DNA of 64,000 nucleotides, taken from assembly GCA_016292745.1 (NCBI GenBank), contig JAEDFO010000001.1, positions 43,823-107,822 of the forward strand. Direction: 5' to 3'. This document shows positions 30,890 through 40,614 of the stretch, piece by piece. The first letter of the stretch is position 1. Each line of letters begins with the position of its first letter. This DNA comes from Muribaculaceae bacterium (GTDB lineage Bacteria; Bacteroidota; Bacteroidia; Bacteroidales; Muribaculaceae). The notes below the pieces were generated by a model. The model was not told the DNA's origin. It saw nothing but the letters and a program-made list of their open reading frames with translations, and did no database searches. Both the position numbers and the translations under genes were made by a program.

Positions 30890-32793
30890 TTTTCTAATGT
30901 AGATTTTACTGTCTTTATGATATTCTCGAGGTCGATTCCGCACATCTCATATTGTTGCTTCACCGTAGCATGAGGAACGAATGAATCGGGTAAGCCGAGC
31001 CCGATAACTCGACAACTTTTGCCATGGCGATTACACCAATCCATAACCGCATTATACAATCCGCCGTTGAGTGCACCTTCTTCAGCCGTGATGATTGTAT
31101 GGAATCTATTACATGCTGTATCAAGTATATCTTCATCGATAGGCTTCAAGAACGTCATATCGTAATGACATACCGTAATGCCATCGTTTTTTAATGAGTT
31201 TACGGCTTCTATAACGGTGTTGCCAATAGTTCCTATCGACAGTATTACCGAGTCGGAACCTTCGCTTACAAGGTTGCCCTTGCCGATTGTCACTTTACTC
31301 ATTTTGTTTCGCCAATCGCCAATCAAACCGTTACCACGTGGATAACGAATGCTCATGGGACGATCGGTTACATATTGCGAGGTATAAAGAAGATTCCTTA
31401 GCATATGCTCGTTGATAGGTGCCGACACAATCATGTTAGGAATAAGACGCATATACGATAAGTCAAATGCCCCTTGATGTGTTGCACCATCTTCGCCAAC
31501 CAGCCCGCCCCGGTCAATGCAGAACACAACAGGAAGTTTCTGCAATGCTACGTCGTGAATAATTTGGTCAAACGCACGTTGCAAAAATGTGGAATAAATG
31601 CAGCAGTATGGACGCAACCCGGCTTTGGCAAGGCCTGCTGAGAATGTTACGGCATGTTCTTCTGATATGCCTACATCGAAGGTTCGTTCCGGGAAACGGT
31701 TAATCATGTAGGTCAAAGATGTGCCAGTTGACATTGCAGCTGTTATGCCTACAACTTTTTCGTTGTTTTCCGCAAGTTCTACGAGAGTGTGGCCAAACAC
31801 ATCCTGATATTTTATAGGAGAGCCAACTGGCTTGGACGATTCTATAATCTCACCACTTTCCGGGTCGAATCGTCCTGGAGCATGCCATGTGGTAGGGTCT
31901 TTTTCGGCTGGAATATAACCTTTCCCTTTTCGTGTGCGAAGATGCAGAATGCGAGGACCCTCCATGTCCTTGATATCGTTAAGAACTTTAACCAGTCCCT
32001 CAATATCGTGGCCGTCGAATGGTCCGAAGTATCGTATGTTAAGACCCTCGAAAATGTTCTGTTGGTCAGCAAGCAGCGATTTCAGGCTATTGTTGAAGCG
32101 CATAATACGACTCTTCTTGGTGTCGTCGATGATATTGTGGCGCTTCAGAAGATTATACAATTTGTATCTTATGTCGTTATAGCCTTTCGATGTATTGATA
32201 TGCGTCATGTATTCATTCAGCGCGCCCACGTTATGGTCGATGGCCATATCGTTGTCGTTGAGTACTATAAGCATATTATTCTTACATGAAGATGCATTGT
32301 TAAGACCTTCAAATGCCAAACCTCCGCTTATGGAGGCATCGCCAATAACTGCAACAATGTTACGTCTGGGCTCTTTCTTTATAGCTGAAGCCATAGCCAT
32401 GCCCAAAGCCGCTGATATAGAATTTGACGCATGACCAGCAATGAAAGCATCGTATTCACTCTCGGCCGGATTAGGAAATCCACTTATGCCACCAAGTTTT
32501 CTATTGGTTGAGAAAGCGTCTCTTCTACCTGTAATAATTTTATGAGCATACGCTTGATGGCCTACATCCCAAAGAATCTGGTCATACGGGGTATTGAAAA
32601 CATAATGGAGAGCAACAGCTATCTCCACAGCACCCATACTCGAAGCAAAATGTCCGGGGTTTTGTGATAAGGAATCGACAATAAAATGCCTTATTTCCTT
32701 GCACACTGCAGGCAGATTGTCGACCGATACTTTACGAAGGTCGGCCGGTGAATCGATATTATTAAGATATTTATAATCAGTGTTACTGTCCAC
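30886..32793 (-). CDS. dxs: 1-deoxy-D-xylulose-5-phosphate synthase
   Basis: 635 aa with TPP motif GDASISGG..EGLNN and transketolase-like domains. Confidence 0.95.
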   Translation of the reverse strand: MDSNTDYKYLNNIDSPADLRKVSVDNLPAVCKEIRHFIVDSLSQNPGHFASSMGAVEIAVALHYVFNTPYDQILWDVGHQAYAHKIITGRRDAFSTNRKLGGISGFPNPAESEYDAFIAGHASNSISAALGMAMASAIKKEPRRNIVAVIGDASISGGLAFEGLNNASSCKNNMLIVLNDNDMAIDHNVGALNEYMTHINTSKGYNDIRYKLYNLLKRHNIIDDTKKSRIMRFNNSLKSLLADQQNIFEGLNIRYFGPFDGHDIEGLVKVLNDIKDMEGPRILHLRTRKGKGYIPAEKDPTTWHAPGRFDPESGEIIESSKPVGSPIKYQDVFGHTLVELAENNEKVVGITAAMSTGTSLTYMINRFPERTFDVGISEEHAVTFSAGLAKAGLRPYCCIYSTFLQRAFDQIIHDVALQKLPVVFCIDRGGLVGEDGATHQGAFDLSYMRLIPNMIVSAPINEHMLRNLLYTSQYVTDRPMSIRYPRGNGLIGDWRNKMSKVTIGKGNLVSEGSDSVILSIGTIGNTVIEAVNSLKNDGITVCHYDMTFLKPIDEDILDTACNRFHTIITAEEGALNGGLYNAVMDWCNRHGKSCRVIGLGLPDSFVPHATVKQQYEMCGIDLENIIKTVKSTLEK

Positions 32794-32805
32794 TATGCGA
32801 TATAA

Positions 32806-32976
32806 TTAGTCTTTACGAATATATTTCTTATACAATGGGATAAACACAATGCCAGCCGAAATCAAGAGCGTAATTACTGTAAATGCATTAAGTCCACGGC
32901 CCTTAATCATCAGATAGCATAACAGCACCCAAAGCAATGCTATGCATGAAAAGCGTATTATATTCGATACATTCAT
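32806..32976 (-). CDS. Candidate 56-aa two-TM small membrane protein
   Basis: Hand-translated MNVSNIIRFSCIALLWVLLCYLMIKGRGLNAFTVITLLISAGIVFIPLYKKYIRKD*. It has two hydrophobic helices with a basic loop and tail, and it lies in the operon 12 nt upstream of dxs. Confidence 0.4.
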   Translation of the reverse strand: MNVSNIIRFSCIALLWVLLCYLMIKGRGLNAFTVITLLISAGIVFIPLYKKYIRKD

Positions 32977-33054
32977 TTCAAATTACCGTTTAATATACAA
33001 AAGTAATTCAAAACGATTAGATAAAAAACACAAAAATGAATTTATCTTTAAAAA

Positions 33055-34032
33055 TCACAGGCAATGCTTGTCACTCACATCAAATCCGCGAAGAAATTCG
33101 TCGGCTGACAGACGTTTCTTTCCAGGCATCTGTAAGTTTTTAATCTCGAGGAAGCCATCAGCTGCAGCAATCATGAATGAATGTTTTGTCGCCGTAATAT
33201 ATCCTGGGTCTATGCGCTCGTTTTCCTTAAATGGTATTGGCTGTGATGTAGAGTATATTTTCATTTGCAACGGTTCAGCGGAATCGCCCATCGATAAGTC
33301 GGTCCATGCGCCTGGATATGGCGACAGGCCTCGAATGTGGTTATATACTTCGATGGCGCTCTTAGTCCAGTCTATTTTGCAATCTTCCTTGAAGATTTTC
33401 GGTGCAGGAGTCGGTTCGCAACCATTTGTTAGCATTTGGTCCTGAGGAATGAATTTTACTGTTCCGTTAATGAAAGAGTCAACAGTTTCAATTACGAGTT
33501 TCGAACCAAGATGCATAAGTTTGTCGTGTACATCACCAACATTATCAGTAATTTCTATTGGGATAGCAACTTGTTGTATAACGTCGCCGGTATCGATTTC
33601 ATGCTTAAGCAAAAATGTTGTTACACCAGTCTGCAACTCACCATTCATTACAGCACGGTTAATAGGTGCTGCACCGCGATATTTCGGCAAGAGCGATGCA
33701 TGCAGATTGAATGTGCCCAGACGTGGCATGCTCCACACCACTTCTGGCAGCATCCTGAATGCTATAACAATTTGCAAATCAGCTTTCCACTGGCGCAGAG
33801 CCTCAAGAAACGATTCATCTTTCAGTTTATCGGGTTGCAGTAGTGGCAGATTATGCTCAATGGCATAGCTTTTCACGGGTGATTCAATTGTTTTGTTGCC
33901 TCGTCCACCTTTCTTATCAGCCATGGTTACGACACCAACTACATTGTATCCACCCGAAACAAGTCGGTCGAGACTTTCCACGGCAAATTCAGGAGTGCCA
34001 AGGAACACTATCCTAAGGTCTTTTTTATCCAT
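33055..34032 (-). CDS. fmt: Methionyl-tRNA formyltransferase
   Basis: HASLLPKYRGAAPI motif, 325 aa. Confidence 0.93.
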   Translation of the reverse strand: MDKKDLRIVFLGTPEFAVESLDRLVSGGYNVVGVVTMADKKGGRGNKTIESPVKSYAIEHNLPLLQPDKLKDESFLEALRQWKADLQIVIAFRMLPEVVWSMPRLGTFNLHASLLPKYRGAAPINRAVMNGELQTGVTTFLLKHEIDTGDVIQQVAIPIEITDNVGDVHDKLMHLGSKLVIETVDSFINGTVKFIPQDQMLTNGCEPTPAPKIFKEDCKIDWTKSAIEVYNHIRGLSPYPGAWTDLSMGDSAEPLQMKIYSTSQPIPFKENERIDPGYITATKHSFMIAAADGFLEIKNLQMPGKKRLSADEFLRGFDVSDKHCL

Positions 34033-34036
34033 TATT

Positions 34037-35845
34037 TTAATCGTCGGTATAATGTTTCAAAACTCTTCTATACGAATTAAATATCTTTGATTTCGACACA
34101 AAGCCAATGTATATTCCATTTTCAACGACAGGGAGGTTCCAGGCTCCGGTGTCGTCGAAGATTTTCATAACTTTTTCCATGCTCTCCCCTACTTCAATCT
34201 TTGCAGGCGGCATGCTCATGAATTTACGCACATACATTTTACGGTATAAATCAGGTCGGAACATGATGTTGCGAATGTCGTCGAGCAAAACAATCCCAAT
34301 CAGTTTGTTGTTGTCATCGACTACTGGGAATAGATTACGATTCGACTGCGAAATCACATTCACCATTTCCTTCAGCGACATTTCAGGCTTTACCGGCATG
34401 AAATCCTTTTCAATTACGCTGTCCATTTTAAGCAATGTAAGAACAGCTTGATCCTTATGGTGAGTAAGCAATTCACCACGTTTTGCCAATCGCATTGTGT
34501 AGATACTCCATGGGAGGAATATCTTGATGGTTCCAAACGACAAAGCCGACACAATAAGCAGCGGAAGGAATAACTGATAGCCACCAGTCATCTCGGCGGT
34601 AAGGAAGATTGCCATAAGGGGAGCATGCATTACCCCTGACATCACACCTGCCATACCCATCAATGCGAAGTTTTTGGTTGACAGCGGCGTATCAACTAGT
34701 CCTATATGATTAATCAGATATGCAAAGAAAAATCCCGCGATACACCCCACATAGAGCGACGGGGCAAATGTACCTCCCACACCACCAGCTCCATTGGTGG
34801 CACTCGTGGCAAACACCTTTGTGAGTATAATAAGACCAAGCACAAGGCAAATCATCCATACATTATCACGGAAATTGTAGAATACACTACCGTCAAGCAG
34901 TGAATTGGCATCGCCATAAAGAAGCGAGTTTATCGAACTATATCCTTCGCCATATAGTGGTGGAAAGATGAATATCAGTGAACTTAGGATTATAGAACCG
35001 ACAATAAACTTATATTTCCGTTTTTTCAATTTTCCGAAAATGTTTTCCATGAAATTCATGGCTTTAGTAAAGTAAAGCGAGACGAATCCACAGAAAATGC
35101 CAAGACATATAGCAAAAGGAATACGGTGCATCTCGAACGGTTCACTTTGTGTGAAGAAAAACTCCAAATCGTAACCGGTATAAACGTATGCAACCGTTGC
35201 GGCTGATATCGATGCAATGAGTAACGGCATCACTGATGCAGCCGTGAGATCGAGCATCAGCACCTCAATAGTAAACAGCATACCAGCAATAGGTGCCTTG
35301 AATATTCCCGCAATACCAGCTGCAGCACCACACCCTACAAGTATCATCAGCAATCGTGGCGATAACCGGAATGCGCTCCCAAGATTCGAACCGATTGCAG
35401 CACCAGTAAACACTATTGGACCTTCAGCTCCTACTGATCCGCCAAACCCGATGGTTATAGAACTGGCTACTACCGATGTGAATGTGTTATGCTGTTTTAA
35501 TCGACTCTTTTTTTGTGATATGGCATACAATACTCGAGTGACACCATGAGATATATTGTCCTTAACTACATATGTAACATAGAGCATTGATATAAGAACT
35601 CCAATTACCGGGCATATCAAATATAGAAAGTTACTTTGGCTTATCATAATATGTGAGCCGATGGTCCCAGACATTTTCTCAATCAGAAGTTTCAATATAA
35701 TGGCGGCAAAACCCGATAAGACACCTGTGACTAACGCGAGCAGTAATAGCAGCGAACGCTCGTTGAGATACTTTTCGCGATATGTTGCCAACTTCAGCAC
35801 AAAATCATGGCAACCGACCTCAAATTTATTCAATACATTAATCAT
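34037..35845 (-). CDS. ClC-family chloride channel/antiporter with C-terminal CBS pair
   Basis: GSVGAEGP, GIFKAPIAG and GGTFAPS selectivity motifs, with a CBS region at the C-terminus. Confidence 0.9.
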   Translation of the reverse strand: MINVLNKFEVGCHDFVLKLATYREKYLNERSLLLLLALVTGVLSGFAAIILKLLIEKMSGTIGSHIMISQSNFLYLICPVIGVLISMLYVTYVVKDNISHGVTRVLYAISQKKSRLKQHNTFTSVVASSITIGFGGSVGAEGPIVFTGAAIGSNLGSAFRLSPRLLMILVGCGAAAGIAGIFKAPIAGMLFTIEVLMLDLTAASVMPLLIASISAATVAYVYTGYDLEFFFTQSEPFEMHRIPFAICLGIFCGFVSLYFTKAMNFMENIFGKLKKRKYKFIVGSIILSSLIFIFPPLYGEGYSSINSLLYGDANSLLDGSVFYNFRDNVWMICLVLGLIILTKVFATSATNGAGGVGGTFAPSLYVGCIAGFFFAYLINHIGLVDTPLSTKNFALMGMAGVMSGVMHAPLMAIFLTAEMTGGYQLFLPLLIVSALSFGTIKIFLPWSIYTMRLAKRGELLTHHKDQAVLTLLKMDSVIEKDFMPVKPEMSLKEMVNVISQSNRNLFPVVDDNNKLIGIVLLDDIRNIMFRPDLYRKMYVRKFMSMPPAKIEVGESMEKVMKIFDDTGAWNLPVVENGIYIGFVSKSKIFNSYRRVLKHYTDD

Positions 35846-37275
35846 TATAGTCCTTTACCCGTTATTACTGTTTTTATAGTATAAATAATTATCTTCATGT
35901 CGGTTACCAACGACATGTTCTCAATATATATAATGTCGAATTTCAGACGTTCGAGCATTTCATCAATAGTAGATGCATAACCGTATTTAACCATTCCCAT
36001 CGAAGTGATTCCGGGACGTATCTGATGCAACAGAGCGTAGTATGGTGCTTTTTGCATTATCTGGTTGATGAAATATTCACGTTCCGGACGCGGACCTACT
36101 ATCGACATCTCGCCTTTTATGACATTCCAGAACTGTGGGATTTCATCAATTCGGTATTTCCTAAGGAATTTACCGATTTTTGTTATCCTTAAGTCGTTGT
36201 CTTTTGTAAGTTGTGGAATACCGTCGGGTTCTGAATCAACTATCATTGTCCGAAACTTTATGATATTGAACGGTATGTTGCGGTAGCCTATTCGTTGTTG
36301 CTTGTAGAATATCGGCCCATTTGAACTAAGCCTGATTGCCAATGCTGCGGATAGGAAAAGAGGAGACAAAAATATTAGGACAAATAATGAAAAACACACA
36401 TCGAATGTACGCTTGAGTATTAACTCGCAGTCGCTTAGTCCACATCCAGCCACATCGATAAGTATCTCGTTCTCGATATCCGATATTCTAACTCTGCTAA
36501 TAAGTATGTGTGCCACATTTGGTATTATCTTTATTGGCAGTGATAGCGGGAACAGTTTGTTTACGATGTTGAATATATTTCTGAAATCATGGTTTGCTGG
36601 CGCAATGATGAATTCCTCAACGCCATACTGTTTGCATATATCTTTAATCGTTTCAAACGCAAAACACTCTATATCAGAAATATGGATGCTTCTTGATTCT
36701 CCAGGGATATTTACAAAACCGATAATTTTGTATCCCGATTTCGTTTTCATCGACTCTAATCTGGAATAAAGTTTATATGCAACATCCGAACTGCCGATTA
36801 TCAAGGCTTTTATATACAAATCGCCTTTTCTTATTAAATGAATGGTGTAAGAAGTATATATAACACGGGCACCATATACAAACACAAACAACGAAAGCCA
36901 TAGCATGCATACCAGTTCATAATTTGCTATGCGGTCGTCGATTACATCATTAATAAGTACTATAAAAAATATTCCCAATGTGGCAAAGGAAATAGATACA
37001 GCAGTATTGAGCAGTTCGTTAAGCCTTGACTTGCGTATTACTTCAACATAATAGCCGGAGAACACAAAAATCAAAATTGTGCATATAGGCAAAAGACATT
37101 GACCTAATGCAACATATAGCGATGAAAGGTAGGCATACAATGAGCCGAAGCCCTGCGTATGCATAAGCTCAATCGACCTGAAATATCTTAGGCAATTGAA
37201 AACCAGAATGCCAAGATTCGCAGAAATCAAATCGAGTGCAATATACCTAATTCGCTGTGTCCTCTTCGAAATCAA
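35845..37275 (-). CDS. Polyprenyl-phosphate hexose-1-phosphate transferase (WbaP/WcaJ-type initiating sugar transferase)
   Basis: N-terminal TM helices and a C-terminal Bac_transf motif (IIKFRTM..DEIPQFWNVIKGEMSIVGPRPE). The apparent start is TTG, overlapping the tsaC stop as TTGA. Confidence 0.85.
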   Translation of the reverse strand: MISKRTQRIRYIALDLISANLGILVFNCLRYFRSIELMHTQGFGSLYAYLSSLYVALGQCLLPICTILIFVFSGYYVEVIRKSRLNELLNTAVSISFATLGIFFIVLINDVIDDRIANYELVCMLWLSLFVFVYGARVIYTSYTIHLIRKGDLYIKALIIGSSDVAYKLYSRLESMKTKSGYKIIGFVNIPGESRSIHISDIECFAFETIKDICKQYGVEEFIIAPANHDFRNIFNIVNKLFPLSLPIKIIPNVAHILISRVRISDIENEILIDVAGCGLSDCELILKRTFDVCFSLFVLIFLSPLFLSAALAIRLSSNGPIFYKQQRIGYRNIPFNIIKFRTMIVDSEPDGIPQLTKDNDLRITKIGKFLRKYRIDEIPQFWNVIKGEMSIVGPRPEREYFINQIMQKAPYYALLHQIRPGITSMGMVKYGYASTIDEMLERLKFDIIYIENMSLVTDMKIIIYTIKTVITGKGL

Positions 37276-37835
37276 TTCCTAATAATTTTAAAAACTCCGT
37301 CTTGGCCCAACTTGATTATTGAGGAAGGAGTGTGCGATGAACTATCGTTCTGTCGATAATTAACTATGTAATCTACTGAATCTTTGATTTCTTGCGAAAT
37401 CTGCGAAAACACTGAAGGTGATTTCTGCCCACTGATATTGGCCGATGTAGACACAATCGGTCGTCCAAACTTGCGACACAATTCTTTCGAAAATCGTTCT
37501 TTTGTAACTCTTATACCTATCGAACCGTCATCTCCTATCAGATTGGGAGCAAGATTTTTTGCATCATCAAAAATAATGGTAAGCGGTTTCTCGGAAAATT
37601 CAATAAGCTGATAAGCTGTTTCGGTTACGCCATTCGAATATCTCTCCAACTTGTTGCAATCGTCAACAAGCACCAGCATTGCCTTTGAATCTTGACGTCG
37701 TTTTATATCGTATACACGTGCTACCGCTTTGGCATTTGTTGCATCGCAACCTATGCCCCAGATCGTATCGGTTGGATATAAGATCACCCCACCCGATTTA
37801 AGCACTTCAATTACTTTTTTTATTTCTTCATCCAT
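37272..37835 (-). CDS. tsaC: L-threonylcarbamoyladenylate synthase (TsaC/YrdC type)
   Basis: YPTDTIWGIGCDA and STSANISG motifs. Confidence 0.85.
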   Translation of the reverse strand: MDEEIKKVIEVLKSGGVILYPTDTIWGIGCDATNAKAVARVYDIKRRQDSKAMLVLVDDCNKLERYSNGVTETAYQLIEFSEKPLTIIFDDAKNLAPNLIGDDGSIGIRVTKERFSKELCRKFGRPIVSTSANISGQKSPSVFSQISQEIKDSVDYIVNYRQNDSSSHTPSSIIKLGQDGVFKIIRN

Positions 37836-37893
37836 CAGGATATCTTTTAAATGGTTTTGTCGAACTTTCTATTACGATTTATCCTAATTAATG

Positions 37894-37901
37894 CAAAGTT
37901 A
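37894..37901 (-). promoter_or_regulatory. -7 promoter box TAACTTTG for the tsaC operon
   Basis: The plus strand reads CAAAGTTA, 58 nt upstream of the ATG at 37835. Confidence 0.35.
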
Positions 37902-37960
37902 AGATAATTCACCAAAGAATCAAAATTGATTTTTATGGCAAAATAAGTGTTGTGTTGAAT

Positions 37961-38000
37961 ATGAGAAAATATCACACCTATTTTGGAAATATTTTCTCAT
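37961..38000. repeat. 12-bp perfect inverted repeat (ATGAGAAAATAT-N16-ATATTTTCTCAT)
   Basis: Read directly from the sequence. The right arm ends 17 nt upstream of the patatin -7 box. Confidence 0.8.
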
Positions 38001-38017
38001 GTATAATTATTTTTTCA

Positions 38018-38025
38018 TAATTTTG
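38018..38025 (+). promoter_or_regulatory. -7 promoter box TAATTTTG for the patatin/GH13 pair
   Basis: Matches TAnnTTTG, 17 nt upstream of the ATG at 38043. Confidence 0.4.
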
Positions 38026-38042
38026 TAATATATATAATCGGT

Positions 38043-38840
38043 ATGCAGGACATAAAGAATACATCCTTCGAAGTCGGTATAGCATTAAGCGGTGGCGGAG
38101 CCAGAGGCATTGCTCATCTGGGTGTGCTGAAAGCTCTTGAAGAGCGTGGCATAAAGCCCCAGATAATTGCCGGCGTAAGTGCCGGTTCAATAATCGGTTC
38201 ATTGTATTCTGCAGGCTTGCCAATTCCTGACATTCTGAAGCTGTTCGACAATTGCAAGTTCTCCGACATGGCAGAAATAAGCGTCCCAAAGGACGGATTC
38301 TTTAAAATTGACCGTTTCAAGAAAATATTACGCGAAGTGTTGCCAGTAACGAATCTCGAAGAGCTACCAATTCCAATGTATATCTGCGCAACTGATATTG
38401 ACCACGGATGCACAAAAATCTTCGACTCCGGTTCTATTGTAGAACGCATAGCGGCCTCGTGCAGCATTCCTGTGATATTCAAACCTACGAGAATTGATGG
38501 GGTCAACTATGTTGATGGTGGCGTGCTCCGAAATTTGCCGGCTTGGGCTATCCGACCTAAGTGCAATCATCTAATAGGCGTTAACTGTAGTCCATTCGTG
38601 AATCACAAGATAAAAAGTTCAATCATAGAGATTGCACAGCGCAGCTATGAATTGATGTCGAAAGTAAACACAGTGATGGATATGAAGATGTGCGACACAT
38701 TGATATTGATTAAAACCATTGCCCACCACAAATCGCTCGACACCAAAAATCTTCAGAAAATATTTGAATGTGGCTATAGCGAAGCCTGTCGTGTCCTTGA
38801 CTCGGCTGAAAAATCTGATTTTAACGACTTCTTAATATAA
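38043..38840 (+). CDS. Patatin-like phospholipase
   Basis: GGGARG oxyanion motif, GVSAGS (GxSxG), and DGG of the catalytic dyad. Confidence 0.85.
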   Translation: MQDIKNTSFEVGIALSGGGARGIAHLGVLKALEERGIKPQIIAGVSAGSIIGSLYSAGLPIPDILKLFDNCKFSDMAEISVPKDGFFKIDRFKKILREVLPVTNLEELPIPMYICATDIDHGCTKIFDSGSIVERIAASCSIPVIFKPTRIDGVNYVDGGVLRNLPAWAIRPKCNHLIGVNCSPFVNHKIKSSIIEIAQRSYELMSKVNTVMDMKMCDTLILIKTIAHHKSLDTKNLQKIFECGYSEACRVLDSAEKSDFNDFLI

Positions 38841-40553
38841 ATGGAACAAAAGATAGTAATATACCAACTATTGCCTCGGCTTTTCTCAAACACATGTGAT
38901 AAATGTGTAATAAATGGCTCGATCGAAGAGAATGGTTGTGGAAAGATGAACGACATCACTGCTACAGTTCTAAAGGAAATAAAATCATTAGGCGCCACCC
39001 ATGTTTGGTATACAGGTGTAATTGAACACGCTACTCAAACAGATTATTCCTATTACGGCATACGTCCTGACAACAAACATATAGTAAAAGGCAAAGCCGG
39101 TTCGCCATACGCTATAAAAGACTATTATGATGTTGACCCCGACATTGCCGTATCGGTACCTAATCGAATGGCTGAATTCGAGCAATTGGTGAAACGGACT
39201 CACAACGAGGGGCTTAAGGTGATAATCGACTTTGTGCCCAATCATGTGGCCCGGCAGTATTTCTCTGATGCAAAACCTGAAGGAATTGAAGACCTCGGAC
39301 ATAATGACAATCGGGAATACTTCTTTTCGTCTTCAAACAATTTTTATTATATAACCCGACAGCTTTTCTCTCCGCAAATCGACTTGGGACACGGTGATGA
39401 TGAATACTTCGAGTTTCCAGCAAAGGCTACTGGCAATGACTGTTTCACGGCGTTTCCCTCGGTCAATGACTGGTATGAAACTGTTAAGCTTAACTATGGT
39501 ATAGATTACGGAAATAATTCACGCCATTTCGACCCCATTCCTGACACTTGGATTAAGATGCTTCACATACTTCGCTTCTGGGCGTTGAAAGGCATTGACG
39601 GATTTCGTTGCGATATGGCACATATGGTGCCGGTTGAGTTTTGGAACTGGGCTATTCCACAGGTAAAGGCTATCTCTCCGAATATTCTTTTCATAGCAGA
39701 ATTATATGATGTGGGCATATACCGACAGTATCTTAGTGATGGCCATTTCGACTATCTTTATGACAAGGTTAATCTGTACGATACCCTTCGGGCAATACAG
39801 TGCCACAACGTTTCAGCAGCCAATTTAACCAGTTGCTGGCAGACGGTGGAAGGAATAGGGCATCAGATGCTAAATTTCCTTGAGAATCACGATGAGCAGC
39901 GCATTGCATCACAGCAATTTCTCGGCAATGCCATAAAGGCGCTCCCTTCGCTTGTTGTAAGCACTACCATGTCGAAAGGCCCATTCCTTATTTATTCCGG
40001 GCAGGAGTTCGGCGAAAAAGCCACTGATACCGAAGGCTTCAGCGGCAAAGATGGCCGGACAACTATTTTCGATTATTGGAGCGTCCCATCAATACGACGT
40101 TGGTACAATGGCGGTAAATGCGACGGCAAAAACTTGAATGACGAAGAACATAAAATATATAATGTGTATAAATGTGTTCTAAATCTGATAAACAGAGAGG
40201 ATGCCATTGTAAAGGGAGATTTCTTTGATTTGATGTACGTGAACTATAATAATCCGGATTTCAATCCACATCGTCATTATTGCTATATACGGAAACACAA
40301 GCATGAAGTGGTATTGGCAATTGTGAATTTTTCCGATGGCGAATCAAGAATATTGGTAAATATTCCTAAGCATGCATTCGACACATTAAACATGCAACCG
40401 GGAAACTATCGGGCCGTAGATCTGCTCTCTGGAAAAAAGCATTCTATTCCGTTCAGTGAATCGGTACCACTGGCTGTTAACGTAGGTGCTTATGGAGCCT
40501 TGTTGTTGAAGTTTATAGTAGAACCGTCAATAACAGATAAAAAATCTGTCTAA
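38841..40553 (+). CDS. GH13 alpha-amylase-family glycoside hydrolase (cytoplasmic)
   Basis: DFVPNHVA, GFRCDMAHM, AELY and FLENHDE conserved regions. It has no signal peptide and starts immediately after the patatin stop. Confidence 0.85.
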   Translation: MEQKIVIYQLLPRLFSNTCDKCVINGSIEENGCGKMNDITATVLKEIKSLGATHVWYTGVIEHATQTDYSYYGIRPDNKHIVKGKAGSPYAIKDYYDVDPDIAVSVPNRMAEFEQLVKRTHNEGLKVIIDFVPNHVARQYFSDAKPEGIEDLGHNDNREYFFSSSNNFYYITRQLFSPQIDLGHGDDEYFEFPAKATGNDCFTAFPSVNDWYETVKLNYGIDYGNNSRHFDPIPDTWIKMLHILRFWALKGIDGFRCDMAHMVPVEFWNWAIPQVKAISPNILFIAELYDVGIYRQYLSDGHFDYLYDKVNLYDTLRAIQCHNVSAANLTSCWQTVEGIGHQMLNFLENHDEQRIASQQFLGNAIKALPSLVVSTTMSKGPFLIYSGQEFGEKATDTEGFSGKDGRTTIFDYWSVPSIRRWYNGGKCDGKNLNDEEHKIYNVYKCVLNLINREDAIVKGDFFDLMYVNYNNPDFNPHRHYCYIRKHKHEVVLAIVNFSDGESRILVNIPKHAFDTLNMQPGNYRAVDLLSGKKHSIPFSESVPLAVNVGAYGALLLKFIVEPSITDKKSV

Positions 40554-40580
40554 TTATGTTAATAGACGAACTATAATTTG

Positions 40581-40588
40581 TATTTTTG
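40581..40588 (+). promoter_or_regulatory. -7 promoter box TATTTTTG for prs
   Basis: Matches TAnnTTTG, 26 nt upstream of the ATG at 40615. Confidence 0.4.
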
Positions 40589-40614
40589 CAAAAAATCTCA
40601 GCTATACAAAAATT

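Noticed and set aside
32942-33445. 167-aa plus-strand ORF
   Set aside because: It is antisense to the fmt 3' half and to the start of the small membrane ORF, and its sequence is implausible.
37961-38020. 19-aa mini-ORF (MRKYHTYFGNIFSCIIIFS*) starting in the left arm of the inverted repeat
   Set aside because: It would lie upstream of, and across, the predicted promoter -7 box, so it is probably not on the mRNA. It is too short to evaluate.
37978-38289. 103-aa minus-strand ORF across the patatin promoter and N-terminus
   Set aside because: It is antisense to the patatin gene with its clear GGGARG/GxSxG motifs. It is Arg/Leu/Cys-rich, as expected of a shadow ORF.
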